49,849 nt of DNA from Eubacteriales bacterium (GCA_045646465.1 JAZRKT010000048.1:1-49849), one strand, 5' to 3'; counted from the first letter of the stretch, positions 30,017 through 41,702 are shown. Numbers and translations are program-made. Notes: a model not told the origin generated them from the letters alone.

Positions 30017-30727
30017 ATGGCTTTACTTGAAGTTAGAAATTTAGAAGTATACTACGGTGTAATCAACGCACTTAAGGGCATCAGCTTTGATGTTAATGAG
30101 GGCGAAATCGTAACCCTTATCGGTGCAAACGGTGCGGGAAAATCTACAACAATGCAGAGCGTTGTGGGACTTATTCCCAAGAGAAGCGGAACTGTAATAC
30201 TTGACGGCAAGGATATTTCACATACTCCCAGCCATAAGATTGTGCACCTCGGTATGACACAGGTTCCCGAAGGAAGAAGAATTTTCCAGGAGCTTACCGT
30301 TTACGAAAACCTGCGAATGGGCGCATTTATAATGAAGGATAAGTCGGGCTTTAAGAACGATATTGAATCGGTTTACACAAGATTCCCAAGACTTGCCGAA
30401 CGTAGAAACCAGATAGCAGGAACCCTTTCAGGTGGTGAACAGCAGATGCTTGCAATGGGCCGTGCTCTTATGAGCCACCCCAGACTTCTTATGCTGGACG
30501 AGCCATCAATGGGACTTTCACCTCTGCTTGTTGACCAGGTTTTTGAAATCATCAAGGATATCAATAAGGACGGCACAACAATACTGCTTGTTGAACAGAA
30601 CGCAGGTAAGTCACTTGCAATAAGCGACCATGCCTATGTTCTTGAAAACGGCAGAATCGTTCTCAGCGGAACGGGAGCTGAGCTTATTTCCAGCGATATG
30701 GTTAAGGAAGCTTACCTCGGAGGCTGA
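30017..30727 (+). CDS. livF: Branched-chain amino acid ABC ATPase
   Basis: GANGAGKST, VPEGRRIF, LSGGEQQM, LDEPSMGL, LVEQNA. Confidence 0.95.
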   Translation: MALLEVRNLEVYYGVINALKGISFDVNEGEIVTLIGANGAGKSTTMQSVVGLIPKRSGTVILDGKDISHTPSHKIVHLGMTQVPEGRRIFQELTVYENLRMGAFIMKDKSGFKNDIESVYTRFPRLAERRNQIAGTLSGGEQQMLAMGRALMSHPRLLMLDEPSMGLSPLLVDQVFEIIKDINKDGTTILLVEQNAGKSLAISDHAYVLENGRIVLSGTGAELISSDMVKEAYLGG

Positions 30728-30735
30728 TAAATCAA

Positions 30736-30771
30736 TAAAAATTGCGGTTGCATATTTTGCAACCGCTTTTT
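30736..30771. terminator. Bidirectional intrinsic terminator between livF and the rhodanese gene
   Basis: AAAA-TT-GCGGTTGCA-TATTT-TGCAACCGC-TTTTT. Confidence 0.75.
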
Positions 30772-30807
30772 GTATAAAATGCGTATTTTGCTATAACCCA
30801 TTTTCAA

Positions 30808-31263
30808 CTATTTTACAATATCATACTTCCAGTCAATGATTCCGCCGAACTCCTTGACGTTTGTGTATCCAAGCTTTGCAAGAGCATCTGCGGCAATTTT
30901 GCTTCGCCTTCCGCTTCTGCAGTATACAAGGATAAGAGCATCCTTGTCAGGGAGCTTGTCGGGTGCAAGAAGGTGTATTTGCCCATGGGGAATGACTGTA
31001 GCACCGGGGATATGTCCTTCGTCAAATTCCTCCTGCTCTCTTACATCAAGAATTATGTGATTTTTGCCGCTATCCATAATTTCTTTTGCCTTGTCCTGCG
31101 TTATAATTTCGTAGCCGTACATTTCCTTTTCACCTTCATCCGAAGCATCAGCAACCAATATTGCAGTAGGACCGTCGGCACCGCCGATAATTCCTACAGA
31201 CTTGTTTTCCTTGCAGGAAATAAGAAAAATACTTGTCAATAATATAATTATTGCTCTTTTCAT
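30808..31263 (-). CDS. Rhodanese-domain lipoprotein with an N-terminal IIGGADGPT motif
   Basis: Lipobox LISC. LDVRE..EF..GHIPGA and active-site YCRSGRRS. Confidence 0.85.
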   Translation of the reverse strand: MKRAIIILLTSIFLISCKENKSVGIIGGADGPTAILVADASDEGEKEMYGYEIITQDKAKEIMDSGKNHIILDVREQEEFDEGHIPGATVIPHGQIHLLAPDKLPDKDALILVYCRSGRRSKIAADALAKLGYTNVKEFGGIIDWKYDIVK

Positions 31264-31272
31264 AACTGCCGA

Positions 31273-31467
31273 TCACCTTATTTTTAAGCTGTTGTTAAAT
31301 ACATTTGCAAAAGCGATGTCTCTTGCGGTAAGATACACCCAGGCAGGATGAAAGCCGCACTTTACCGCGTTCCTTACAAATTTTAAATTGCACCACGACG
31401 TGCAGTAAAATGGCACTTTGTCAAGCCTTAATATTTCAAGGGAAACCGCTGATTTTGTTAAGCTTGA
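31273..31467 (-). pseudogene. 3' fragment of a GNAT acetyltransferase
   Basis: Start-less frame SSLTKSAVSLEILRLDKVPFYCTSWCNLKFVRNAVKCGFHPAWVYLTAR...*, like the C-terminus of clostridial GNATs (..EIL..GKVPFY...WSN..S.RNA.K.GF.PAWV..). Confidence 0.55.
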
Positions 31468-32229
31468 TTATTCAGCAATAGTAACCGAGGTGATATGAGT
31501 GTTAACGCCCTCGTACCAGTAAAGGAAGCCTGTTACGTCAATAACGTCGCCTGCCTCAAGAACGGAAACTGCCTTGTAAACCTCTGTTTCAGGGTCTGTA
31601 AGATAACGCTCAACACAGAAGTCGTAGTTTGCACCGTCCTTGGAAAGTGTAACATAAATGTCGTCGCCGCCTTCGTTCTTAAAGGAGATTTCTTCAACTG
31701 TCATACCTGTAAAGTAAACAAGCTCGTTCTGATGCTTGATAAGCTCGTCTGTGCCAAGCCACGCTGTTGCATCAACAGGCTCTGCTACATAAGAGCCTTC
31801 AAGAATTTCAAATGTGCCGTCAACGATTTCAATCTCGCCTGCCCATTCAGCCTTGTAGCCTGAAACTCTTATCTTTGTACCTGTTTCGAGAAGAGCATAA
31901 TCTTCTTCGGAGCAAGCAAGCTCGTAAAGGAAGTAAGCACCGTTTTCATCCTGCGTGTAAACTGTAGCCTTGTTGTCCCACCAGGACTGCTTGCCCTGGA
32001 CGTATGCTTCAATAACAACGGGAGCGTCAATTTCGGCTGCAACATATTCTTCATATGTCATAACCTTAACTTCTTCTTCGACTGTTTCTTCAACTGCGTG
32101 AACTGTTTCTTCGATAACGTTTTCTTCGGCAACCTCACCTGTAACCTCTTCGGGTACTTCATTAGTACAGCCGATAAGAGCTGTCATTGCAAGAGCAAAA
32201 ACTAAAACCAATGTTAAAAGCTTTTTCAT
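31468..32229 (-). CDS. Acidic lipoprotein, probably two OB-fold domains
   Basis: Lipobox LIGC, E/V-rich linker, two segments ending (L.)GTKIRVSG...W.G and AGDVIDVTG..YW.G. Confidence 0.65.
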   Translation of the reverse strand: MKKLLTLVLVFALAMTALIGCTNEVPEEVTGEVAEENVIEETVHAVEETVEEEVKVMTYEEYVAAEIDAPVVIEAYVQGKQSWWDNKATVYTQDENGAYFLYELACSEEDYALLETGTKIRVSGYKAEWAGEIEIVDGTFEILEGSYVAEPVDATAWLGTDELIKHQNELVYFTGMTVEEISFKNEGGDDIYVTLSKDGANYDFCVERYLTDPETEVYKAVSVLEAGDVIDVTGFLYWYEGVNTHITSVTIAE

Positions 32230-32270
32230 AGTAATATCTCCTTAAAAATATTTTGATTTTGCTTATAAAT

Positions 32271-32298
32271 ATTATACATATTTTTGTAAATCTGTCAA
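32271..32298 (-). promoter_or_regulatory. Sigma-A promoter for the OB-fold lipoprotein
   Basis: Minus strand TTGACA-N16-TATAAT. Confidence 0.65.
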
Positions 32299-32308
32299 TA
32301 TAAACAGA

Positions 32309-33889
32309 TTATTTTTGGGATTTATTTCTTGAAATAAGTGCGTAAATACCCATAATAATCCAAATCACGGCAAGCAAAATAAGCAAAAGCCTTGCCTGGG
32401 TCGGAAGGGGACCAAGGTCCATTTTACCGTTCTGAAGAGAAGATATGTCATCAAGCCTGTAAAGGGATTTCATATCGGCAAACAGCTTTTCAAGAAAAGC
32501 TCCGTCTATCTCTGCACCGCGGCGAGAAGCTTTTACCGTTTCCTCAACAAGCTGGCCTGCGGCATTTCTCAGCGACGCTGAACCGTTGAAAACGGGGGTG
32601 ACAAAGGTGTTGTCTGTATTTTCAAGCAAAAGCCTTGATGCATCAAGCTTTACGTTGTAGTGAAGGTCGTTGTCCTTGCCGCTGGAAGAAAGATATTCTT
32701 TGTAAATATCACTGCTTTGTGCAAGAGAGGTGACGGGCACATAGCCTTCGGTCTGTGAGTATGCAATCTGAACGTCGTTTGTCAGAAGGTACTGCAAAAA
32801 TAGCCACGAAGCCATAACCTCGCCCTTATCCTCCTTGTTGAAAAGGCACACGGAGGGACCCTGGGAAATCATTACGGGCTCAGACGGGTTATATTGAGGA
32901 AGCGGCATTACGGCAGTTTCAAAGCGCACAAGATTGTCCTCACTTATGTCTATAAGAGGAGCATCACAGCCCATCCAGGTGGCACCTGCCGTTGAGTCAA
33001 CCGCAAAAATACACTGACCTGCGTTGAGAAAGTTGGCGGGATAGCCCGATATTTTAAAAGTGGAAAAGGCTCTGCTTTTTGCATAGGGTACAAGGTCCTG
33101 AAGTGTTTTTTTTGTGCCGTCCGAGAATATGCCTATGCTGCCGTCGTCCTTTGAATAAGGTAGAGCTTTCTGATAAAGCATATGAATCATCATATTGTCG
33201 GTAGACTTGTAAATAAAGGGAATCATTACCTTGCCGCCGTTGATAAGAAAATTGCCGTCGGAATCCTTTTCCATAGCCTTTTGAGAAACCTCAAATATGA
33301 AATCCCACGTAAGGGCATCGGGCATTTCAAAGCCGAGAGCTTCAACATAGGTTTTGTTTACATAGCACGCCTCGGTGGAGCGCATAAAGGGTAAGGCGTA
33401 CTGCTTTGACGAAAAACGGCATTCTTCAAGGAATTTGGGGATAATTTCGTCTTTTTTAGGAGAAACAAATTTAAGAGCACTGCCGCCAAGACCGTATTTT
33501 TTGTTATCCATAAGCTCATCAAGAGGGACGACTGTGTCCTTTCCCGTAAGATAGGTTGCAATGTGGTCGGGATAGGTGATGCAGACGTTTGGCGTTGTGT
33601 CTGTTGCGATGTTGGTGATAACATCGTTGTAAATTTTGCCGTAATCGTTGTAAAGCCGCAGAGTTACGGTAATTGACGGATAAAGCCTTTCAAAATCCTC
33701 AATTGCCTTTTTGTATATTTCGGTCTGGGTGACATTTGTGTCGTTTTTTGCCCAGAAGGAAATTTCGTACCTTGCATTTTCGTCAAATTCTGTTGGCACG
33801 GTTACGGGATTTATGTCCTTTTTGCCGTGACAGCCAAAAAAACAGACAAGCAAGGTAAGTGCAAGAATAATAGGTAACAGTCTTTTCAT
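32309..33889 (-). CDS. CUT1-type ABC transporter solute-binding lipoprotein with an extra C-terminal TM helix
   Basis: Lipobox FFGC, YPDHIATY, YALPFMRSTE.. YVNK, ISQGPS, TEGYVPV, hydrophobic C-terminus followed by a basic tail. Confidence 0.85.
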   Translation of the reverse strand: MKRLLPIILALTLLVCFFGCHGKKDINPVTVPTEFDENARYEISFWAKNDTNVTQTEIYKKAIEDFERLYPSITVTLRLYNDYGKIYNDVITNIATDTTPNVCITYPDHIATYLTGKDTVVPLDELMDNKKYGLGGSALKFVSPKKDEIIPKFLEECRFSSKQYALPFMRSTEACYVNKTYVEALGFEMPDALTWDFIFEVSQKAMEKDSDGNFLINGGKVMIPFIYKSTDNMMIHMLYQKALPYSKDDGSIGIFSDGTKKTLQDLVPYAKSRAFSTFKISGYPANFLNAGQCIFAVDSTAGATWMGCDAPLIDISEDNLVRFETAVMPLPQYNPSEPVMISQGPSVCLFNKEDKGEVMASWLFLQYLLTNDVQIAYSQTEGYVPVTSLAQSSDIYKEYLSSSGKDNDLHYNVKLDASRLLLENTDNTFVTPVFNGSASLRNAAGQLVEETVKASRRGAEIDGAFLEKLFADMKSLYRLDDISSLQNGKMDLGPLPTQARLLLILLAVIWIIMGIYALISRNKSQK

Positions 33890-34761
33890 CCCTTTGTACC
33901 TCCTCTTGCAACGCCCTGCATAATTTTGCTGCGGAATATTAAAAATAGCACTATCAGCGGAAGAGAAACGGCAACAACTGCTGCCATCATTGCAGGAATG
34001 TTTTCTCTGCCGAAGCCGTTTTCACGTATTTCCTGAATACCTACCGAAACAAGGAGCTTTGACTTGTCGTCAGTAATAAGACGGGGCCATACATAGCTGT
34101 TCCAGCACTCAATTACTTTAAGTATAGTAACTGTAATAATTGTGGGACGGCACATTGGAATCATAACCTTTTTCATATATCTGAAATCACTTGTACCGTC
34201 AACCTTTGCCGCATAGTACAGCTCGTCGGGAATCTGCTCAAACTGTTCCTTTAACAGATACATATAAAATACCGACATAACCGACGGCAGAATAAGTCCC
34301 GTAAAGGAATTGCGAAGGTCAAGATTTGTTACCGTCACGAAATTTGTGATAATAACAAGTTCACTTGGTAACATCATAAGTGCTAAAATAAGAGTAAATA
34401 GAGTGTTCTTGCCCCTGAAGTTAAGCCGTGCAAATGCAAAAGCACAGGGAATTATGACTATAAGCATAAGAGCCGTTGTAAGCAGGGTAAAAATCAAGGT
34501 GTTGAGAAAATAGCCTGCAAGGGGTACGGCGGTAAATGCCGAGGAGTAGTTTTGGAATGTGGGTGAGAGGGTGAAAAGCTTTGGGATAAATTCGTTGCTG
34601 TAAGCACCGTAGCTTTTTACCGAGGTGAGAAGCATCCAGTAAAAAGGAAACAGCACCGCAATTGCCCATATGATAAGAAACAGGTAGGTGACGGATTTAA
34701 GAACCGTGTTTAGACGGTTTTTGCGTCTTTGTGTTTTTTCAAAGGAGCTGTTTTTTGTCAT
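33886..34761 (-). CDS. Carbohydrate ABC permease (MalG/UgpE-like)
   Basis: FPFYWMLLTS, EAA-type loop QIPDELYYAAKVDG, WNSYVWP. Confidence 0.92.
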   Translation of the reverse strand: MTKNSSFEKTQRRKNRLNTVLKSVTYLFLIIWAIAVLFPFYWMLLTSVKSYGAYSNEFIPKLFTLSPTFQNYSSAFTAVPLAGYFLNTLIFTLLTTALMLIVIIPCAFAFARLNFRGKNTLFTLILALMMLPSELVIITNFVTVTNLDLRNSFTGLILPSVMSVFYMYLLKEQFEQIPDELYYAAKVDGTSDFRYMKKVMIPMCRPTIITVTILKVIECWNSYVWPRLITDDKSKLLVSVGIQEIRENGFGRENIPAMMAAVVAVSLPLIVLFLIFRSKIMQGVARGGTKG

Positions 34762-34773
34762 ATTTACACCTCC

Positions 34774-35664
34774 TCAGCCTCTTATGTGTTTTTTTCTTAC
34801 CAGAAGATTTATGCACGTAATGGTAAGCACAACAGCAAAAAGAACAATTGCCGCCGCCGAGGCAAAGGACGGATATCCGCCGCTGTCGCCGTAAAGCATA
34901 TCGTAAATGTAGCCTACGACGGTATTCATACCTGCCTCATTAAGGTCTGTGCCGAAAATGGCAACAACGTCGCTGTAAGCCTTAAAGGCACCGATAAAGC
35001 CTGTGATTACAAGATAGAAAATCATAGGCGAAATCATGGGAAGTGTGATTTTGGTAAAGGTGCGCCACTTGCCGGTGCCGTCAATTCTTGCGGCATTGTA
35101 GTAGTCGCGGTTGACACCTAAAAGTGCACTTGTAAAAATAAGGATTTTAAAGGGGAGTACTACCCATATTGTGTAAAAGCATAATACGAACATTTTTGCA
35201 GCATACGGCCCTTCAATAAAGTCAATGCTGCTGCCGCCCAAAAGGTTAATTAAAAGATTTATAAGACCGTCGCTGTAGGGTGTTTTCTTAAAAAGAATCA
35301 TAAAGACGAGCCCGACAGCAAGTGTGTTTGTAACATAAGGAAGAAAATATACAGTCTGAAACAGGCTTCGTAGTGCTTTTACAGAGCTAAGTCCCAACGA
35401 AATCACAAGAGCAAGAACAGTTGAAAAAGGCACCGTTATGATTACAAGAATAAATGTGTTTTTTAAAGCCTGAAGAAAATACGGGTCGTGAAGAATAAAG
35501 GAATAGTTGTAAAGACCTATGCCCGTGTATGTCTGCGAGGCAGAGTTGAAGCCTTCCTCAAAGGAGTATATAAAAACGTCTATAAGAGGATACACAAGAA
35601 ATGCACCGATGAAAATCAGCGCAGGAAGCAGATATAAAAATGCTGTCTTTGAATTTTTTTCCAT
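34774..35664 (-). CDS. Carbohydrate ABC permease (MalF/UgpA-like)
   Basis: YLLPAL, YFLPYV, YYNAARIDG..FTKITLPMISP. Confidence 0.92.
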   Translation of the reverse strand: MEKNSKTAFLYLLPALIFIGAFLVYPLIDVFIYSFEEGFNSASQTYTGIGLYNYSFILHDPYFLQALKNTFILVIITVPFSTVLALVISLGLSSVKALRSLFQTVYFLPYVTNTLAVGLVFMILFKKTPYSDGLINLLINLLGGSSIDFIEGPYAAKMFVLCFYTIWVVLPFKILIFTSALLGVNRDYYNAARIDGTGKWRTFTKITLPMISPMIFYLVITGFIGAFKAYSDVVAIFGTDLNEAGMNTVVGYIYDMLYGDSGGYPSFASAAAIVLFAVVLTITCINLLVRKKHIRG

Positions 35665-35667
35665 ATG

Positions 35668-36780
35668 TCAGTCCTCCGAAAAGTCATTTGCGTAAAGACG
35701 CTTTCCTGTTTCTCCATCAAAAATGAAAACCTTTTTGGGATTTACGTCAAAGCAAACTACCTTTTTTGAAGTATCAACGCTTATTTCGGAGCTTATAATG
35801 GAGCGAATTTTGGAGCTTTCACAGTGAGCGTTTTCGGAAATTATGCTTATGTCGCGCCCCATAATTTCTATTGAAGACAGCTTGCAACGAAGCGCACCGT
35901 TGTCGGAAAGAGAAAAGCCCTCAGGACGGATTGCAGCCTTTACGTCCATATCACTTATACCCTTTGCATCAAGAATACGGTCATCGCCTATATACAGCGC
36001 CCCGTCCTTTACATATCCGTCAAAGACGTTTATGGGGGGTGTGCCTAGGAACTTTGCTACAAAAAGATTTGACGGGTTGTCGTAAATTTCCTGAGGAGCA
36101 CCGATTTGCTCTGTAACACCCTCACGCATAACAACCATAATGTCGCAGATGCTCATAGCCTCGTCCTGGTCGTGGGTTACAAAAACGGTGGTTATGCCTG
36201 TTTCCTTCTGTATACGCTTAATTTCCTCACGTGTCTGGAGTCTCAGCCTTGCATCAAGGTTTGATAATGGCTCGTCGAGAAGAAGTACACTTGGCTTTTT
36301 TACAAGAGCACGTGCTATTGCCACTCTCTGCTGCTGACCGCCCGAAAGCTCGCCGGGCTTTCTGTCAAGCAGCTGCTCAATCTGAACAAGCTTTGCCGCC
36401 TCATACGCTTTTTTTAACATTTCTTCCTTTGACAGCCTGTTCTTTCCCTTTAGATTTTCAAGGGGAAAAAGAATGTTTTTCAGAACCGTAAGGTGAGGGT
36501 AGAGGGCATAGTTTTGAAAAACAAGACCTATTCCTCTGTTTTCGGCGGGAACGTCTGTGACATCCTCGTCGCCGAAGAAAATTTTACCCTCTGTGGGTTT
36601 AATCAGACCGCTGATGAGATTTAAGGTCGTACTTTTTCCGCATCCAGAAGGACCAAGAAGCCCTATAAGAGCACCGTCGGGAATTTCAAAGGAAAAATTA
36701 TTTACCGCAATTACATCGTTTTTTTCTTTTTTGTTTCGTGAAGGAAATTTTTTTGTAAGATTGTGTAAAGTTACTTTCAT
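35668..36780 (-). CDS. Carbohydrate ABC ATPase (MalK/UgpC-like)
   Basis: GPSGCGKST, VFQNYALYPH, LSGGQQQRVA, LDEPLSNLDA, VTHDQDEA. Confidence 0.95.
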   Translation of the reverse strand: MKVTLHNLTKKFPSRNKKEKNDVIAVNNFSFEIPDGALIGLLGPSGCGKSTTLNLISGLIKPTEGKIFFGDEDVTDVPAENRGIGLVFQNYALYPHLTVLKNILFPLENLKGKNRLSKEEMLKKAYEAAKLVQIEQLLDRKPGELSGGQQQRVAIARALVKKPSVLLLDEPLSNLDARLRLQTREEIKRIQKETGITTVFVTHDQDEAMSICDIMVVMREGVTEQIGAPQEIYDNPSNLFVAKFLGTPPINVFDGYVKDGALYIGDDRILDAKGISDMDVKAAIRPEGFSLSDNGALRCKLSSIEIMGRDISIISENAHCESSKIRSIISSEISVDTSKKVVCFDVNPKKVFIFDGETGKRLYANDFSED

Positions 36781-36803
36781 AGCTGTATTCCTTAAAAAGA
36801 GAG

Positions 36804-39054
<2,251 letters not shown>

Positions 39055-39056
39055 TA

Positions 39057-40289
39057 TTATTCTCCTTTGCTGTTAAGAAATGTTTCGGTGACGGTTGCCT
39101 TTGCCTTGCCGTCGTTGAAGGTGAGATTTATAACGTCTCCCTCCTTCAGCTTTTTTGCACTTGACAGCACGTTGCCCCCACAGTCAAATACCGCACTGTA
39201 GCCACGTGCAAGCACTGCCATAGGATTTAATGCGTACAGCCTTTTTGCGTTTGCCGATAAAAGAGCTTTTTTTGTCTCAATTATTCTTGTGATGCTGCCT
39301 GTGATTTTCATATCGGCGTTAAGTAAAAGCTCCTGACGCCTGTCGACATAAAACATCGGCGATTTTAAGCTTTGACGCTCTTTGAGCAATGCAAGACTTG
39401 CCGCTTTTGACATAAGCGACGTTTTGGTTTTTGTGATTATTGACTCGCCTAAAAGGGAAAGCTGTTTTTTTAAATCCTTTATATCGGGCACCGCAAGCTC
39501 TGCCGCAGCAGACGGTGTGGGAGCACGCTTGTCTGCAACAAAGTCACATATTGTAAAGTCGGTTTCGTGGCCTACGGCTGAAATTACGGGAGTGCTGCAG
39601 GCGAAAATTGTTTTGGCAAGAATTTCATCGTTAAAAGCCCATAAATCTTCTATTGAGCCTCCGCCTCTGCCGATAATGATAACGTCGCACTTTTCGTCGT
39701 TGTCAAAATGAACTATGCCCTCGCACAGCTCTTTTGGTGCAAAGGGACCTTGCACAAGGGCAGGGTAGATGTAAATTTCGCAAAGAGGAAAGCGTCGTGT
39801 AATTATGTTTTTCATATCGGCAACGGCTGCCGCTTCGGGACTTGTGATAATGCCGATGCGGCGGGGGTATTTTGGCAGAGGCTTTTTGAAGGACTCGTCA
39901 AATAAGCCCTGCGCTGAAAGGCGCTTTTTCATTTCCTCAAATTTCAAATATAAATCTCCTACGCCGAACTGCTCCATATGAGTGGCGTAAAGCTGATAGA
40001 CACCGTCACGCTCAAACACCGAGACTCTGCCGTATACAAGCACCTTCATATTGTTCTGAGGTACAAAGTTAAGGGAAGAAGCATAGGTTCTAAACATAAC
40101 TGCCTTGACAAGGGCGTTTTCGTCTTTCAAAGTAAAATATAGATGTCCTGTTTTATAGTGATTTGTGAAGTTTGATATTTCGCCCACAACGCAAATACTA
40201 CAAAGAATATCAGAGGAATCAATAAGTGCCTTGACATATTCGTTGAGCTGTGAGACGGTAAGGGTTAAGGATTTGTTCAAAGCACTCAC
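39057..40289 (-). CDS. xseA: Exodeoxyribonuclease VII large subunit
   Basis: GEISNF, GHLYFTLKD, RGGGSIEDLWAFNDE, SAVGHETD, APTPSAAAE. Confidence 0.97.
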   Translation of the reverse strand: MSALNKSLTLTVSQLNEYVKALIDSSDILCSICVVGEISNFTNHYKTGHLYFTLKDENALVKAVMFRTYASSLNFVPQNNMKVLVYGRVSVFERDGVYQLYATHMEQFGVGDLYLKFEEMKKRLSAQGLFDESFKKPLPKYPRRIGIITSPEAAAVADMKNIITRRFPLCEIYIYPALVQGPFAPKELCEGIVHFDNDEKCDVIIIGRGGGSIEDLWAFNDEILAKTIFACSTPVISAVGHETDFTICDFVADKRAPTPSAAAELAVPDIKDLKKQLSLLGESIITKTKTSLMSKAASLALLKERQSLKSPMFYVDRRQELLLNADMKITGSITRIIETKKALLSANAKRLYALNPMAVLARGYSAVFDCGGNVLSSAKKLKEGDVINLTFNDGKAKATVTETFLNSKGE

Positions 40290-41239
40290 CTTTCTTTGGT
40301 AAATTTGTCGTATGCAAGAAGCGCCGTTCCGCAGGCATTGTCGCTTGAAAGCTCGCCTGATGCAAAGTAAACGTCCTCAAGAGAAGAAAGCCTTTGTCTT
40401 ATTATGGTGTTGCCCATAACACCGCCAGCAAAAAGTAAAGGCGCATTTTTGTATGTTTCGCGTAAGGTAAGAGCGCACTTTTCAAGACTTGCAGCTATGC
40501 TTTCAAAGACAAAACGGGCAATGTCGCTTTTTTCTTCGCCGTCACATAAGAATTTCTGCACCTTGTTTTCAAGCCCCGACATTGAAAAATACGTGCCCTT
40601 TACGCTGACACATCGTGGAAGCTTTTTTGTACTGCTTTGAGACAGCGCATCAAGCTCCTTTCCACAGGGAAAAGCCATTCCCATAAGCACACCTGCTCTG
40701 TCAATAATCTGTCCGCAGGAGGCATCGTTGCTGCCGCCTTTGATGGCACAGCTGTAGCCGTTGTCGGTTTTTCTTGTGATAAGAGCCTCTGTTGTACCGC
40801 CCGAAACGTGGAAGGAAATAAACTCCCTGCCGTCAAAGTATTCCTTTTCTCTGCCGCAGGAATGAATTGCCGCACGTATGTGTCCGCATTGATGGGAAAA
40901 TTCATATAGCGGGATATGTAAAGCACCGCTTACGGCACTTGCAAAGGAAATTCCCGAAAGAAAGCACGGCATATAAGAGCCGTCTGCATCTCTCGGTGCT
41001 TTTGAAACTCCAACACTACATATTTTGCCGTCATTTATGTCAAAATTGCAAAAAAGCTCCCTTGATAACTCCGGGAGCGCTTTTGTGTGAAGAAAGACGG
41101 CGTCACTTTGGCGCAGTCCTTTTTTGCCGTTTTCCACGGGAAGAAGACGGCGGACATTTTTTATAATATTTCCGTCGCATATAAGGGCAAGACTTGTAGT
41201 ATAATTACTTGTGTCTACACCCAGAAAATATTCTTTCAT
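40286..41239 (-). CDS. Kae1/TsaD-like (peptidase M22 family) protein
   Basis: LGVDTSNYTTS, GLRQSDAVFLH, SHQCGH, HVSGGTTE, GQIIDR, GGVMGN, SSDNACG. Confidence 0.8.
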   Translation of the reverse strand: MKEYFLGVDTSNYTTSLALICDGNIIKNVRRLLPVENGKKGLRQSDAVFLHTKALPELSRELFCNFDINDGKICSVGVSKAPRDADGSYMPCFLSGISFASAVSGALHIPLYEFSHQCGHIRAAIHSCGREKEYFDGREFISFHVSGGTTEALITRKTDNGYSCAIKGGSNDASCGQIIDRAGVLMGMAFPCGKELDALSQSSTKKLPRCVSVKGTYFSMSGLENKVQKFLCDGEEKSDIARFVFESIAASLEKCALTLRETYKNAPLLFAGGVMGNTIIRQRLSSLEDVYFASGELSSDNACGTALLAYDKFTKER

Positions 41240-41252
41240 TTTTAACTACCTT

Positions 41253-41702
41253 TTATTCTTCAGCTTGTGAATTGCCTGTCCGGCTTCTTACAAAGGAGCC
41301 TAAAATTCCGTTGACAAAGGTGTAGCTGTCGTCACTGTCAAACTTCTTTGCAAGCTCAACGGCTTCGTTGATGGAAACCTGCTCGGGAATGTCATCCATA
41401 TAAATGATTTCGTATAAAGCAAGCCTTAGAATTGACTTTGAAACTCTTGAAATTCTCTTGCTTGACCATTTCTTTGAGCTCTGAGCAATAATTTCGTCAA
41501 GCTCTGTAATGTTGGAAATAACGCCGAAGTACACCTTTGTAAAATAGGCATCCTGTCTCAATTCGTCGGAAATGTTTTTCTTATCCTTGTCCTGGAAGTT
41601 GTCGAGGTATAATTCAAGCTGCTCGTTTCCGTCGGAGTCTGTGTGAAAGCTGTAGTCAAAAATCATACAAAGAGCTGCTTCTCTGATGTCACGTCTGTTC
41701 AT
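41253..41702 (-). CDS. nusB: Transcription antitermination factor NusB
   Basis: MNRRDIRE, W...RI..V...ILRLALYEI, VSINEAVELAKKF, FVNGILG. ATG at 41702. Confidence 0.95.
   Translation of the reverse strand: MNRRDIREAALCMIFDYSFHTDSDGNEQLELYLDNFQDKDKKNISDELRQDAYFTKVYFGVISNITELDEIIAQSSKKWSSKRISRVSKSILRLALYEIIYMDDIPEQVSINEAVELAKKFDSDDSYTFVNGILGSFVRSRTGNSQAEE

Noticed and set aside
30808-31263. Na+-translocating decarboxylase beta subunit
   Set aside because: Only a ~15-aa motif matches. The protein has no multi-TM body and is otherwise a rhodanese.
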